Of a DNA stretch of 64,000 bases, positions 1 through 9,142 are shown one piece after another. Origin of the DNA: Oscillospiraceae bacterium (GTDB lineage: Bacteria; Bacillota; Clostridia; Oscillospirales; Ruminococcaceae); contig JAFTXQ010000016.1 of assembly GCA_017461565.1 (NCBI GenBank), positions 40,178-104,177 of the forward strand. Reading direction: 5' to 3'. Both the position numbers and the translations under genes were made by a program. The notes beneath the pieces were generated by a model, which searched no databases, had not been told where the DNA came from, and worked only from the letters and a program-made list of their open reading frames with translations. Within the stretch, counting starts at the first letter, position 1, and the number at the start of each line of letters is the position of its first letter.

Positions 1-1640
1 GTGGGATGTGTTTCAATGAACTCCTTAGCCTCATTCTCCTCGTCAAAGGTGTTGTAGAAGTAGGGAGTTGCAGCGGAGAACTCAGCAGCGCAGGTGTCTA
101 CCATCTTGTATACTGCAAGTTTGCGCTCCTTGATCTTCTGACCGGAGATGCGCTCGATAGTGCTGTCAAGGTAGCAGTACTTCTTGGCTGTTTCGTACTT
201 CTCCTGAGTAAGCTCGCCCTCTGCAAGCCATGCTTCAAGCTTGACGAGGTTATTCAGCTTGCTGATGAACCATTTGTCCACCATTGTGATCTCGTGGATG
301 CGGTCGATGGAGATGCCTCTCTTGAGTGCCTCGAAGATGCAGAAGCAGCGGTCAACGTCAACGTCGTACAGCTTCTTCTCAATTTCCTCGTCGGAAAGCT
401 CAAGGAATGCCTTCTTGGTGAGAGTGTCCATGCCAAGCTCGATGGAGCGGACAGCCTTCATCATGCCGCCCTCAAAGCTGGGAGCGATAGCCATTACCTC
501 ACCGGTAGCCTTCATCTGTGTACCGAGGGTCTTCTTTGCGTATACGAACTTATCAAAGGGCCACTTGGGGAACTTAACTACCATGTAGTCGATGGTAGGC
601 TCAAAGCAGGCGTAGGTGTTGCCTGTAACCTGATTTACGATCTCGTCGAGGGAGTAGCCGATAGCGATCTTTGTTGCAACCTTGGCGATGGGATAACCTG
701 TTGCCTTGGAAGCCAGCGCAGAGGAACGGGAAACTCTGGGGTTTACCTCGATAACAGCGTACTCGAAGCTGTCGGGCTTGAGTGCGAATTGACAGTTGCA
801 GCCGCCCTCTACGCCGAGCGCCTGTACGATGTTGAGCGCTGCGGAGCGGAGCATACCGTACTCCTTGGGGGTAAGTGTAACTGCGGGAGCAACTACGATA
901 CTGTCGCCTGTGTGTACGCCTACGGGGTCCATGTTCTCCATGGAGCATACGGTGATAACGTTGTTCTTGCTGTCACGGATGACCTCAAATTCGATCTCCT
1001 TCCAGCCGCTGATGCACTTCTCTACCAGTATCTGTGTGATGGGGGAGAGGCGCAGACCGTTGGTTGCGATCTCATGGAGCTCATCGGGGGTGTATGCGAT
1101 ACCGCCGCCTGTACCGCCCAGTGTGAATGCGGGACGAACGATAACGGGATAGTCGATAACGGTAGCGAACTCCATAGCGTCCTCTACGGTCTCAACGACC
1201 TTGGAGGGGATACAGGGCTGATTGATCTCTTCCATCGTATCCTTGAACGCCTGTCTGTCCTCTGCCTTATGGATGGTCTCTGGAACAGCACCCAGCAGCT
1301 TTACATTGTGGCTTGCAAGGAAGCCCTCCTCAGCAAGCTGCATGGAAAGTGTAAGACCTGTCTGTCCGCCCAGTGTGGAAAGCACACTGTCGGGCTTTTC
1401 GATCTCGATTATACGCTTTACAACGTCAAGTGTCAGCGGTTCGATATAGATCTTGTCCGCCATGTGCTTGTCCGTCATGATGGTAGCGGGGTTGGAGTTG
1501 ATGAGTACTACCTCAAGCCCCTCCTGCTTAAGTGCACGGCACGCCTGTGTGCCTGCATAGTCGAACTCGGCAGCCTGTCCGATAACGATAGGACCGGAGC
1601 CAATTACAAGGACTTTCTTTATATCGCTTCTTAACGGCAT
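1..1640 (-). CDS. carB: carbamoyl-phosphate synthase large subunit, N-terminal ~546 codons (the rest runs off the window)
   Basis: Minus-strand translation from the ATG at 1640-1638 reads MPLRSDIKKVLVIGSGPIVIGQAAEFDYAGTQACRALKQEG..., the canonical CarB N-terminus. The start is 1 nt from the carA stop. The gene is open to the window edge, so it is absent from the ORF track. The listed + ORF 6..1634 is its antisense shadow. Confidence 0.93.
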   Translation of the reverse strand, partial: MPLRSDIKKVLVIGSGPIVIGQAAEFDYAGTQACRALKQEGLEVVLINSNPATIMTDKHMADKIYIEPLTLDVVKRIIEIEKPDSVLSTLGGQTGLTLSMQLAEEGFLASHNVKLLGAVPETIHKAEDRQAFKDTMEEINQPCIPSKVVETVEDAMEFATVIDYPVIVRPAFTLGGTGGGIAYTPDELHEIATNGLRLSPITQILVEKCISGWKEIEFEVIRDSKNNVITVCSMENMDPVGVHTGDSIVVAPAVTLTPKEYGMLRSAALNIVQALGVEGGCNCQFALKPDSFEYAVIEVNPRVSRSSALASKATGYPIAKVATKIAIGYSLDEIVNQVTGNTYACFEPTIDYMVVKFPKWPFDKFVYAKKTLGTQMKATGEVMAIAPSFEGGMMKAVRSIELGMDTLTKKAFLELSDEEIEKKLYDVDVDRCFCIFEALKRGISIDRIHEITMVDKWFISKLNNLVKLEAWLAEGELTQEKYETAKKYCYLDSTIERISGQKIKERKLAVYKMVDTCAAEFSAATPYFYNTFDEENEAKEFIETHP

Positions 1641-1641
1641 A

Positions 1642-2736
1642 TTACTTATTCTCCTCCATCATCTTGATAAAACGGTCGTACAGGTAGCCTGTATCATGAG
1701 GACTTCCCGATGTGTCAGGGCTGAACTGTGTTGAGAATGCGGGGATGTTAAGATATCTGATACCCTCGCACACTTTGTCGTTTCCGTTTATATGGGTAAG
1801 CTCCGCTGCACCTGCGGGCATTGTGTCGAACTCCACTGCATATCCTGTGTTCTGTGCGGTGATGTAGGTCTTGCCGTTTTCAAGGCTCTTTACAGGCTGG
1901 CTTGCGCCACGGTGACCGTACTTCAGCTTTGTGATTTTTGCACCGTTTGCGACAGCAAGCACCTGATGACCCTTGCATACTGCATAGATGGGGAGCTTCT
2001 TCTCGATGAGTGCCTTTACGGTCTCGATAGCTGCTGTATCAGCGGCAGGATCGCCGGGACCTCCCGAGATGATGACGCCGTCGGGAGACTCAGCAAGCAC
2101 CTGCTCTGCTGTTGCGCCGCATGGCATAACGGTAACGTTGCAGCCACGCTTAAGAAGCTGATCCTTAAGCTCGTTCTTCATACCGAGGTCGAGGACTGCA
2201 ACATTGTACTTTCCGTTTTCAGCGGCAAAGCTCTGCTTTTCCTTTACACTCACCTTTGCGGTAACGCATCCTGCGTCAAACGCATTTATCTCCTTAAGGA
2301 GTGCTTCCTTGTCGAAGTCGCCGCATACGATAGCGCCGTTCATAACGCCCTTTTCACGGATGACTCTTGTAAGGGAGCGTGTATCGATATCGCAGAGACC
2401 CACTGTGCCGTTCTTAACGAGGTAATCCTCAAGCTTGCCCTCGCAGCGGAAGTTTGAGGGGTCCTCGCAGCACTCACGTACAACGTAGCCTGCTGCTGCG
2501 TTGTACGCAGCAGCGTCGTCTGCGCTGTTAACGCCGTAGTTGCCTATCAGCGGGAATGTCTGTACGATTATCTGTCCACAGTAAGCGGGGTCTGTAAGTG
2601 TCTCCTGATAGCCGACCATGGAAGTAGTGAATACCACCTCGCCGATGACCTTGCCCTCAGCACCGAGGGACTTGCCCTCGAATACTGTGCCGTCGGCAAG
2701 AACAAGGCTGGCTTTTTTGCTGTTCTCTAAGATCAT
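1642..2736 (-). CDS. carA: carbamoyl-phosphate synthase small (glutaminase) subunit
   Basis: 364 aa. The N-terminus is LVLADGTVFEGKSLGAEG...FTTSMVGYQETLTDPAYCGQI, and a class-I amidotransferase region is present (ICKGHQ-type VCKGHQVL). It lies directly upstream of carB. Confidence 0.93.
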   Translation of the reverse strand: MILENSKKASLVLADGTVFEGKSLGAEGKVIGEVVFTTSMVGYQETLTDPAYCGQIIVQTFPLIGNYGVNSADDAAAYNAAAGYVVRECCEDPSNFRCEGKLEDYLVKNGTVGLCDIDTRSLTRVIREKGVMNGAIVCGDFDKEALLKEINAFDAGCVTAKVSVKEKQSFAAENGKYNVAVLDLGMKNELKDQLLKRGCNVTVMPCGATAEQVLAESPDGVIISGGPGDPAADTAAIETVKALIEKKLPIYAVCKGHQVLAVANGAKITKLKYGHRGASQPVKSLENGKTYITAQNTGYAVEFDTMPAGAAELTHINGNDKVCEGIRYLNIPAFSTQFSPDTSGSPHDTGYLYDRFIKMMEENK

Positions 2737-2781
2737 ATATTGCCTCCGAACTATATTTATTTTAAATTTTGTTTTTGACTG

Positions 2782-3717
2782 TTACTTGCTGAGAGTGATC
2801 TTTCCTACAAAGCTCATGATATCGTCTCTCATGCGGATAGCTTCTCTGCGTGCAGCCTGTGCGTAATCATGCTCATCACACTTTTCCTTCTGGTATGCAC
2901 ACATGATTCCACGGGAGCTGTTTACGATACCGCCGAGGCCGTTCTTGTCAAATGCGGCTGCGATATCCTTTGCACCTGCACCCTGAGCGCCGTAGCCGGG
3001 GATGAGGAAGAATGTAGTGGGCAGCGCCTCTCTCAGATATACGATCTGCTCGGGATATGTTGCGCCTACAACTGCGCCGACGCCGCTGTAGCCGTACTTG
3101 CCGGGAAGCTCCTTGCCCCAGCCCTCGCACATGTGACCCATTACCTCATAGATGGGCATATTCTCGATCTTTCTGTCCTGAAGCTCACCAGAGGAGGGGT
3201 TGGAGGTCTTTACCAGTACGAAGATGCCCTTGTCGCTCTCACGGCAGATGTTCAGCAGAGGCTTGATGCCGTCGCTGCCGAGGTAGCCGTTTACTGTCAG
3301 AGCGTCGCCTATGAAAGGCTCATACTCCTTGCTGCCTACCTTTACCTTGCCAAGGTGTGCTGTTGCGTAAGCCTCCATCGTTGTGCCGATGTCGTTGCGC
3401 TTGCCGTCTGTGATAACGAACATACCCTTTTCACGGGCATATTCCTGTGTCTTCTGCAGTGCCTTCATGCCTGCGGGGCCGTACATCTCATAGTAAGCTG
3501 CCTGGGGTTTTACAGCGGGAACGATGTCGCACAGTGCGTCGATAAGTCCCTTGTTGTATTCCAGCAGAGCCTTGGATGCGCCCTTGAGGGTCTCGCCGTA
3601 CTTCTCAAAGCACTTCTTCCTGATGTACTCGGGAACGTAGTCCAGCTTGGGGTCAAGGCCTGCAACGGTGGGGTTCTGGGTCTGCTCGATCTTTTCGATA
3701 AGTCTGTCAAATGACAT
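2782..3717 (-). CDS. pyrF: orotidine 5'-phosphate decarboxylase (long, type-2 form)
   Basis: 311 aa with NPTVAGLDP...DGKRNDIGTT...LIPGYGAQG motifs. It sits inside the pyr operon. Confidence 0.85.
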   Translation of the reverse strand: MSFDRLIEKIEQTQNPTVAGLDPKLDYVPEYIRKKCFEKYGETLKGASKALLEYNKGLIDALCDIVPAVKPQAAYYEMYGPAGMKALQKTQEYAREKGMFVITDGKRNDIGTTMEAYATAHLGKVKVGSKEYEPFIGDALTVNGYLGSDGIKPLLNICRESDKGIFVLVKTSNPSSGELQDRKIENMPIYEVMGHMCEGWGKELPGKYGYSGVGAVVGATYPEQIVYLREALPTTFFLIPGYGAQGAGAKDIAAAFDKNGLGGIVNSSRGIMCAYQKEKCDEHDYAQAARREAIRMRDDIMSFVGKITLSK

Positions 3718-3761
3718 GATGTCTTCCTCGCTTTCGATATATAAAATTTTTAATTACTTGG

Positions 3762-5048
3762 TTAACTGTGTATTCCGTCGTCCTCATAGACGATGTTACC
3801 GTCAAGGATGGTGAACTTTACTCTGCCCTTGAGCACCTTACCCTTGAAGCAGGTGTTCTTTGATTTGGAGTGAAGCTGGTCGGGAACGACCTTCCATTCC
3901 TCGTTGGGGTCGAATATGCAGATGTCCGCAACATCGCCTGCACCGAGGGATCCACCCGGGATGGAGAGTATCCTGCGTGGATTTATGCACATAAGGGATA
4001 CTATTCTGGAAAGCTTAACCTTGCCTGTGTGATACAGGGCGGTAAGCGTTGCAGCGAGAGAGGTCTCAAGGCCTACGACTCCGTTGGGAGCTTTTAAGAA
4101 GTCTTCCTTCTCCTCCTTGGAGTGGGGAGCGTGGTCTGTAACGATACAGTCTATCGTTCCGTCGCAGATGCCCTCTGTGATGGCTTTTACGTCATCCATC
4201 GTTCTGAGTGGTGGGTTCATACGGTAGTCTGCATCACGGGTGCGGAGCTTCTCGTCTGTCAGCATGAAGTAATGCGGGCAGGTCTCGCAGGTGACCATGG
4301 TGCCGTAACGGGAGGCTATCCTTATATTGGACATGCTTGTCATTGTTGATACATGTGCGATGTGGATAGGCATTTCAAGGTCGGTAGCGAGTGTTATCTC
4401 ACGGGATGTGATTATATCCTCGCTCAGGCGGTGCATACCGGGCACGCCGAGGTCCTTGGATACCTTTCCGCTGTTTATTATGCCGCCGTCGATTATATCA
4501 AGGTCCTCACAGTGGGAGATGACCTTAAGACCTGCGTAGTGCGCCTTTACCATGGCTCTTGCCATAAGCTTTGCGTTCTTGACGGGTCTGCCGTCGTCGG
4601 AGACCGCAACGCAGCCTGCCTTGCGGAGCTCTTCGAAATCGCACAGCTCCTCGCCCGAAAGACCTTTAGTGATGCTTCCTACGGGATATACCTTTGTTTT
4701 GGCCTGTTTTGCTTTTTCTATGATATATTTTACGGTCTCGGCATTATCCACAGTGGGGATGGTGTTAGGCATACATGCAACTGCTGTGACTCCGCCTGCT
4801 GCGGCAGCCTCGCTGCCTGTGATTATATCCTCCTTGTGGGTCTGACCGGGATCACGGAAATGCACGTGCATATCGCAGATTCCGGGTATTATGACGTAGT
4901 TCTTACAGTCGATGACACGGTCAGCCTTTGCACAGCTGAGTCGCTTTCCTATCTTGTGTATCTCTCCGTCCTTTATTATGATATCCGCCTTACCTTCAAA
5001 ATCGTTTGCGCTGTCTACAACATAGCCGTTTTTCAGAAATAAAACCAT
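3762..5048 (-). CDS. pyrC: dihydroorotase
   Basis: Metal-binding motifs DMHVHFRDPG and TDHAPH are present, on an amidohydrolase fold. I place the start at the ATG at 5048 (MVLFLKNGY), 4 nt after a GGAGGA. The ORF-track start at 5060 is a TTG that lies inside that RBS. Confidence 0.9.
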   Translation of the reverse strand: MVLFLKNGYVVDSANDFEGKADIIIKDGEIHKIGKRLSCAKADRVIDCKNYVIIPGICDMHVHFRDPGQTHKEDIITGSEAAAAGGVTAVACMPNTIPTVDNAETVKYIIEKAKQAKTKVYPVGSITKGLSGEELCDFEELRKAGCVAVSDDGRPVKNAKLMARAMVKAHYAGLKVISHCEDLDIIDGGIINSGKVSKDLGVPGMHRLSEDIITSREITLATDLEMPIHIAHVSTMTSMSNIRIASRYGTMVTCETCPHYFMLTDEKLRTRDADYRMNPPLRTMDDVKAITEGICDGTIDCIVTDHAPHSKEEKEDFLKAPNGVVGLETSLAATLTALYHTGKVKLSRIVSLMCINPRRILSIPGGSLGAGDVADICIFDPNEEWKVVPDQLHSKSKNTCFKGKVLKGRVKFTILDGNIVYEDDGIHS

Positions 5049-5099
5049 CTCATCCTCCAAAATATGCTGTCATGTATACTGAAACTGTTATAAATTTTA

Positions 5100-5651
5100 T
5101 CATTCCGATCTGCCGTAGATCAATACCTTATCGCAGCCATCCAGCTCTGAGACCATGACTTTTACCGTTTCCTCGCTTGAAGTGGGGAGGTTCTTTCCGA
5201 TGTAGTCCGCCCTTATAGGAAGCTCACGGTGGCCTCGGTCTATCAGTGCTGCAAGCTGTATCAGCATCGGTCTGCCACGGGAGATAAGACCCTCAATGGC
5301 GGCACGAGCGGTTCTGCCTGTGAAAATAACATCGTCTACGATGACCACACGCTTGTCGGTGATGTCAAAATCGATGCGGCTGTTATCCTCGGCGTCTGTC
5401 CTGGGCTTGTCGTCACGGAACGGGGTGATGTCCAGAAGCCCGACGGGAACTTCGCTGCCCTCTACCTCTGCGATCTTTGCGGCGATCCGTTTTGCAAGTA
5501 CTGCGCCACGTGAAAAAAGCCCGATCAGGCAAAGACCCTCTGTACCCTTGTTTCGTTCAAGTATCTCGAACGAAATACGGGTCACTGCCCTTGCTATCGT
5601 GCTTTCGTCAAGTATTTCGGCTTTTACTACAAGTCCTTTGGTACAGCACAC
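5100..5651 (-). CDS. pyrR: bifunctional pyr operon regulator / uracil phosphoribosyltransferase PyrR
   Basis: AEILDESTIARAVTRISFEILERNKG... and the PRPP motif VVIVDDVIFTGRTARAA are present. I place the start at the GTG at 5651, preceded by AAAGGGAG. The longer ORF-track start (5699) falls inside an attenuator terminator hairpin. Confidence 0.88.
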   Translation of the reverse strand: MCCTKGLVVKAEILDESTIARAVTRISFEILERNKGTEGLCLIGLFSRGAVLAKRIAAKIAEVEGSEVPVGLLDITPFRDDKPRTDAEDNSRIDFDITDKRVVIVDDVIFTGRTARAAIEGLISRGRPMLIQLAALIDRGHRELPIRADYIGKNLPTSSEETVKVMVSELDGCDKVLIYGRSE

Positions 5652-5684
5652 GGTCGGCTCACTCCCTTTCTGTATTCCTGCATC

Positions 5685-5714
5685 AAAAAAGCCTGCCACC
5701 GTGAGGTGACAGGC
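5685..5714 (-). terminator. attenuator (intrinsic) terminator in the pyrR leader
   Basis: The minus-strand RNA is GCCUGUCACC-UCAC-GGUGGCAGGC. That gives a 10-bp stem with one G-U pair, followed by UUUUUU. It lies between the putative PyrR-binding element and the pyrR RBS. Confidence 0.7.
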
Positions 5715-5773
5715 AGTTTACGCACATTTCGGATATAGTTACAGCTATGCCGAACGAACGAAAAACATCTCTA

Positions 5774-5797
5774 CCTTGCCGACCTCTCAGTGCCGCC
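5774..5797 (-). promoter_or_regulatory. putative PyrR-binding loop in the pyr leader RNA
   Basis: The minus-strand RNA GGCGGCACUGAGAGGUCGGCAAGG contains the GAGAGG core of the Bacillus PyrR binding-loop consensus (..UCCAGAGAGGCU.., recalled from memory). It sits about 60 nt upstream of the terminator. Confidence 0.5.
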
Positions 5798-5975
5798 TTA
5801 AAGGTGCCGATTTTCGCAACATTTTTACTTCAATAATTATAACTCATTCTGAGATTTTTGTCAATAGGGATTGAAGCATTTCCAATCTTTTTTTGTTGTC
5901 AGTTTTCACAAATATAGCGCATTGGCCGAACTGTGATTTTGTGACTGTGGTATGTGAACTTTTGAGGTAAAGCTC

Positions 5976-6004
5976 TTGCAATTTTATAAGGTTCATGCTA
6001 AAAT
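5976..6004 (+). promoter_or_regulatory. sigma-A type promoter for the 6028 gene
   Basis: TTGCAA, 17 nt, TAAAAT, with TG two nt upstream of the -10 (TGCTAAAAT). Confidence 0.5.
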
Positions 6005-6027
6005 AATTATATGAACGGAGGCGTAAT

Positions 6028-6516
6028 ATGTATCGAGTTTCATTTACGGGTTATCGTCCGGATAAACTGCCGTTTTTTGGCGAGGACGATCCTTTGTGTA
6101 CAGAGTTGAAGCGGAGTATCGCAGATAATATAGTCCGTCTTGCGGAGGATGGCGCACGGGAGTTTTACAGCGGCATGGCGCTTGGCGTTGATACGTGGTG
6201 TGCGGAGGCTGTGCTGGAGCTGAAAAAGCATTGTCCCGATGTGCGCCTTACGGCAATGATACCATGCCCGCAGCAGTGCGATAAATGGAGTGTGCAGCAA
6301 AAGCGGCGTTATCAGGAGATACTGACACAGTGCGATCAGACTATATGTATAAGCCCGTCCTACACATCAGATTGTATGCACCGACGCAACAGGGCTTTGG
6401 TGGATATCTGTGATGTATTGGTGGCGGTTTTCGACGGTCAGAGCGGCGGTACAAAATATACTGTGGAATACGCACAGAAAAAGGGGCGTAAAGTGCTGAT
6501 AATGCCGCCTGTATGA
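6028..6516 (+). CDS. SLOG-fold DUF1273 (YspA-like) family protein
   Basis: 162 aa. The pattern is FTGYRPDKLPFF...FYSGMALGVDTWCAEAVLELK...VAVFDGQSGGTKYTVEYAQKKG, typical of the DUF1273/UPF0398 family. Confidence 0.7.
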   Translation: MYRVSFTGYRPDKLPFFGEDDPLCTELKRSIADNIVRLAEDGAREFYSGMALGVDTWCAEAVLELKKHCPDVRLTAMIPCPQQCDKWSVQQKRRYQEILTQCDQTICISPSYTSDCMHRRNRALVDICDVLVAVFDGQSGGTKYTVEYAQKKGRKVLIMPPV

Positions 6517-6538
6517 TATCGGACAGTAGTAAAACTGA

Positions 6539-6567
6539 TTGACAATCTTAATCTGATATAGTATAAT
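6539..6567 (+). promoter_or_regulatory. consensus sigma-A promoter
   Basis: TTGACA, 17 nt, TATAAT, exact. It lies about 40 nt upstream of the 6608 start. Confidence 0.65.
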
Positions 6568-6607
6568 AAAATGTACGCAAAAAATCATGGCATTTTACGG
6601 AGGTATA

Positions 6608-7816
6608 ATGAAAGTGACAAAAAAAGCCGTTTTATCGGCTGCTGCCGCATTGATAATGATGATAAGCGGCTGTGCTGCGGATACGGACAGCGCTGTCGGC
6701 GGCACATCGGAAGTAAGTTCAACAACTATGGAGAGTGATACACCTATGGACACTAATTTCAGCTTTTTACCCTCTGCCGAGACAGTAAAGCTCATCGGCA
6801 GGACAGCAGAAGACGAAGGTATACTGTGGCTTGCGCTTTCAGCAAGCGGAATTGAGTTCACATTCACCGGCACATCGGCGACTGTTGATATCGTGGGAGA
6901 CAATATGATCTCCAACGGCAAGGACAAGCAGGCACGCTTTGCTATCTATGTTGACGGCGAGAAGACCCTTGACGCTCAGGTGGATGCAGAGGCTAAGACC
7001 TACGAGATATGCTCCTTTGACGAAGCCAGGGAGACAACCGTTAAGATACTCAAGCTTTCTGAGGCCGCTGAGTCCACATTCGGTATCAGAAACATCACGG
7101 TCAACGGTACAGACGTAAAGCCGACCGGGTCCAAGGAACTCAAGATCGAGTTCATCGGAGACTCCATCACCTGCGGATATGGTGTTGACGATGAGGTTAA
7201 GGAGCATCATTTCTCTACATCAACAGAGGACGCTACCAGAGCCTATGCTTATAAAGCTGCACAGCTGCTTGACGCTGATTACAGCCTGGTTTCTTACAGC
7301 GGACACGGTATAATTTCGGGATATACGACAAACGGCAAAAAGGTAAAGGGTCAGCTCGTTCCTCCTGTGTATGAACAGTTTGCAAAGTCCTATGGCTCAT
7401 ACGGCGGTATTTTCAATGTGTCTTCCATCGATTGGAATTTCGGAAGCTTCCGCCCTGATTTTGTTGTTATTAATCTGGGTACTAACGACGCCTCCTACTG
7501 CGGCAACGATCCTGAGAAGATCGAGGACTATGCTGTAAGTTATGCCGAGTTCCTTAAGGTGGTTCGTGAACATAATCCTGATGCGCACATCATCTGCGCT
7601 CTCGGTGTAATGGGCGACAGCCTTTATAAGAACGGCGTATGCAAGGCAGTGGAGCTTTATACCACAGAAACAGGCGACACAGCGGTCTCATCGCTGCGTC
7701 TTACGCCTCAGAACGGCAGCACAGGATATGCTGCGGACTGGCATCCCACTGAGGCGACCCACGAGATCGCTGCAAATGAACTTGCAGATGAGATCAAGAG
7801 ACTGATGGCAGAATGA
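6608..7816 (+). CDS. secreted lipoprotein, SGNH/GDSL esterase with an N-terminal beta-sandwich (CE2-like acetyl-xylan-esterase architecture)
   Basis: A signal peptide with lipobox is present (MKVTKKAVLSAAAALIMMISGC). GDSL block I is FIGDSITCGYG, followed later by INLGTNDAS and DWHPT. The start at 6608 follows ACGGAGG. Confidence 0.75.
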   Translation: MKVTKKAVLSAAAALIMMISGCAADTDSAVGGTSEVSSTTMESDTPMDTNFSFLPSAETVKLIGRTAEDEGILWLALSASGIEFTFTGTSATVDIVGDNMISNGKDKQARFAIYVDGEKTLDAQVDAEAKTYEICSFDEARETTVKILKLSEAAESTFGIRNITVNGTDVKPTGSKELKIEFIGDSITCGYGVDDEVKEHHFSTSTEDATRAYAYKAAQLLDADYSLVSYSGHGIISGYTTNGKKVKGQLVPPVYEQFAKSYGSYGGIFNVSSIDWNFGSFRPDFVVINLGTNDASYCGNDPEKIEDYAVSYAEFLKVVREHNPDAHIICALGVMGDSLYKNGVCKAVELYTTETGDTAVSSLRLTPQNGSTGYAADWHPTEATHEIAANELADEIKRLMAE

Positions 7817-7830
7817 TCGATACATAATAG

Positions 7831-7869
7831 CGACCGCACACGGACGGGATCTGTGTGCGGTCGTTTTTT
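7831..7869 (+). terminator. intrinsic terminator between convergent genes
   Basis: CGACCGCACAC...GTGTGCGGTCG is an 11-bp stem followed by TTTTTT. The T-run overlaps the stop codon of the convergent deacetylase gene. Confidence 0.8.
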
Positions 7870-8869
7870 ATTTATTATCGTTTGCTTCTTGGGTTTGTTG
7901 TCCGGCGGTGTTTGTCTGTGTTAGCACAGAGGGATCGATGGAACTTATCACTGCCATTACATCATCGGGAATAGCGCCGCCATCCTTTATTGCCTGAGAG
8001 GCCTGTGCTATCTGTTCGTCTGAAAATCCTGCAGCAGCGATAACATCAGCATATTGCGACATTACATCCTCAACATTTTCGGGGGTAAGCTCAAGGCTGC
8101 TGAGAACATCGGGAATCTGTTTACCGCTGGAGTCGATGGTGTAATTTTCGTGATAGATAAGATCACTGACTTTAACGAACTCATAGCCCTTGCTCTTAAG
8201 CTGTGACAGGATATCGGGCAGGGCTTCGGTGGTGTTTTTGAGGTCGTTATGGAACAGGAGGATTGAGCCTGATTTTACTCCGCCGAGTACCTTTTCGGCG
8301 ATCTCCTCGGGCGTCGGCTCCTTCCAGTCTACGCTGTCAACGTCCCACTGCACAGGCTTCATTCCCATGCCCTCTATAGTTGTGATGAGGGAGTCATCAT
8401 ACTCGCCGTAAGGCGCACGGTAAAGGGTTGGCTCAATGCCTGTTATCATTTCGATCTTGCGGGAACATTCCTTTGTGTCGCTTATAAGTTCGTTTACGTT
8501 TATTCCCTCAACGTGAGGGTGCTGATCGGAGTGGTTCTGTATCTCGTGACCTGCATCATAGAATTTCTTGACATCCTCGGGATAACGGTCGCACCAGTCG
8601 CCTGTGATGAAAAAGGTCGCCTCGGCGTCGTATTCTTCGAGTATATCTATCAGCTCCTGTGTATTTGAATTCTCCCATGCTACGTCAAAGGTCAGCGAGA
8701 TCTTGTTATCGCCACGCTCAACACTGTATATCGGGATCATCCTCTGAGCTGCCTGAGTTCCGACTGAGGTGAACACCGCCAGTGCGCCCACTGCCACAGC
8801 GGCAGCTGCCATTGATGATACCGCCGCTATCCTTTTGACCTTCTTTTTGGTAAATGCTATCATCTGCAT
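7868..8869 (-). CDS. polysaccharide deacetylase (CE4 / NodB homology domain), membrane-anchored or secreted
   Basis: NodB motifs are FDVAWEN.., HSDQHPH, LYRAPYGEY and LLFHND. An N-terminal hydrophobic anchor is present. I place the start at the ATG at 8869 (MQMIAFTKKK), after ACGGAGGG. The ORF-track start at 9097 adds 76 implausible residues. Confidence 0.85.
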   Translation of the reverse strand: MQMIAFTKKKVKRIAAVSSMAAAAVAVGALAVFTSVGTQAAQRMIPIYSVERGDNKISLTFDVAWENSNTQELIDILEEYDAEATFFITGDWCDRYPEDVKKFYDAGHEIQNHSDQHPHVEGINVNELISDTKECSRKIEMITGIEPTLYRAPYGEYDDSLITTIEGMGMKPVQWDVDSVDWKEPTPEEIAEKVLGGVKSGSILLFHNDLKNTTEALPDILSQLKSKGYEFVKVSDLIYHENYTIDSSGKQIPDVLSSLELTPENVEDVMSQYADVIAAAGFSDEQIAQASQAIKDGGAIPDDVMAVISSIDPSVLTQTNTAGQQTQEANDNK

Positions 8870-8960
8870 ATAATGTCCCTCCGTACAAGGCTTTGTTTTT
8901 TGTATGAGTATATTCCGTAGTCGGGACAAATATGACAAGTCTGGTCTGAACAGGATGTAT
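8700..8960. repeat. direct-repeat copy A (5' end and upstream region of the CE4 deacetylase gene)
   Basis: It aligns by eye with 25279..25525 in the same orientation, for example CATCCTCTGAGC, GCCTGAGT, GCTATCCTTTTGA, AATGCTATCAT and GGACAAATATGACA. Confidence 0.8.
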
Positions 8961-9052
8961 ATGCTTCTGACATCATTTGAGATATCACAAGCCGCAGATC
9001 GTTGCAGTGATGATTGCAAGCAGTATATCTGGTTGTTAATAACATTGAATGA

Positions 9053-9097
9053 TGTAACAAAATTGCTCCATCGGTCATTGTTGAGACCATGGAGCAA
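9053..9097 (-). terminator. intrinsic terminator after rfbB
   Basis: An imperfect hairpin, TTGCTCCATGGTC...GACCGATGGAGCAA on the minus strand, is followed by TTTTG. It lies 46 nt past the rfbB stop. Confidence 0.55.
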
Positions 9098-9142
9098 TTT
9101 GTTGTATGATTCTTTTGAGAAATAATGCCGGATGCCGATCGG

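Noticed and set aside
6-1634. A 542-aa + strand ORF, the longest ORF at the left edge.
   Set aside because: It is antisense to carB. The minus-strand frame gives a textbook CarB N-terminus, whereas this ORF gives a low-complexity Leu/Val/Gly/Cys-rich product with no motifs.
6028-6516. The SLOG-domain protein could be part of a conflict or defence system.
   Set aside because: It matches the widespread stand-alone DUF1273/YspA housekeeping type. It has its own promoter and no effector, nuclease or sensor partners nearby.
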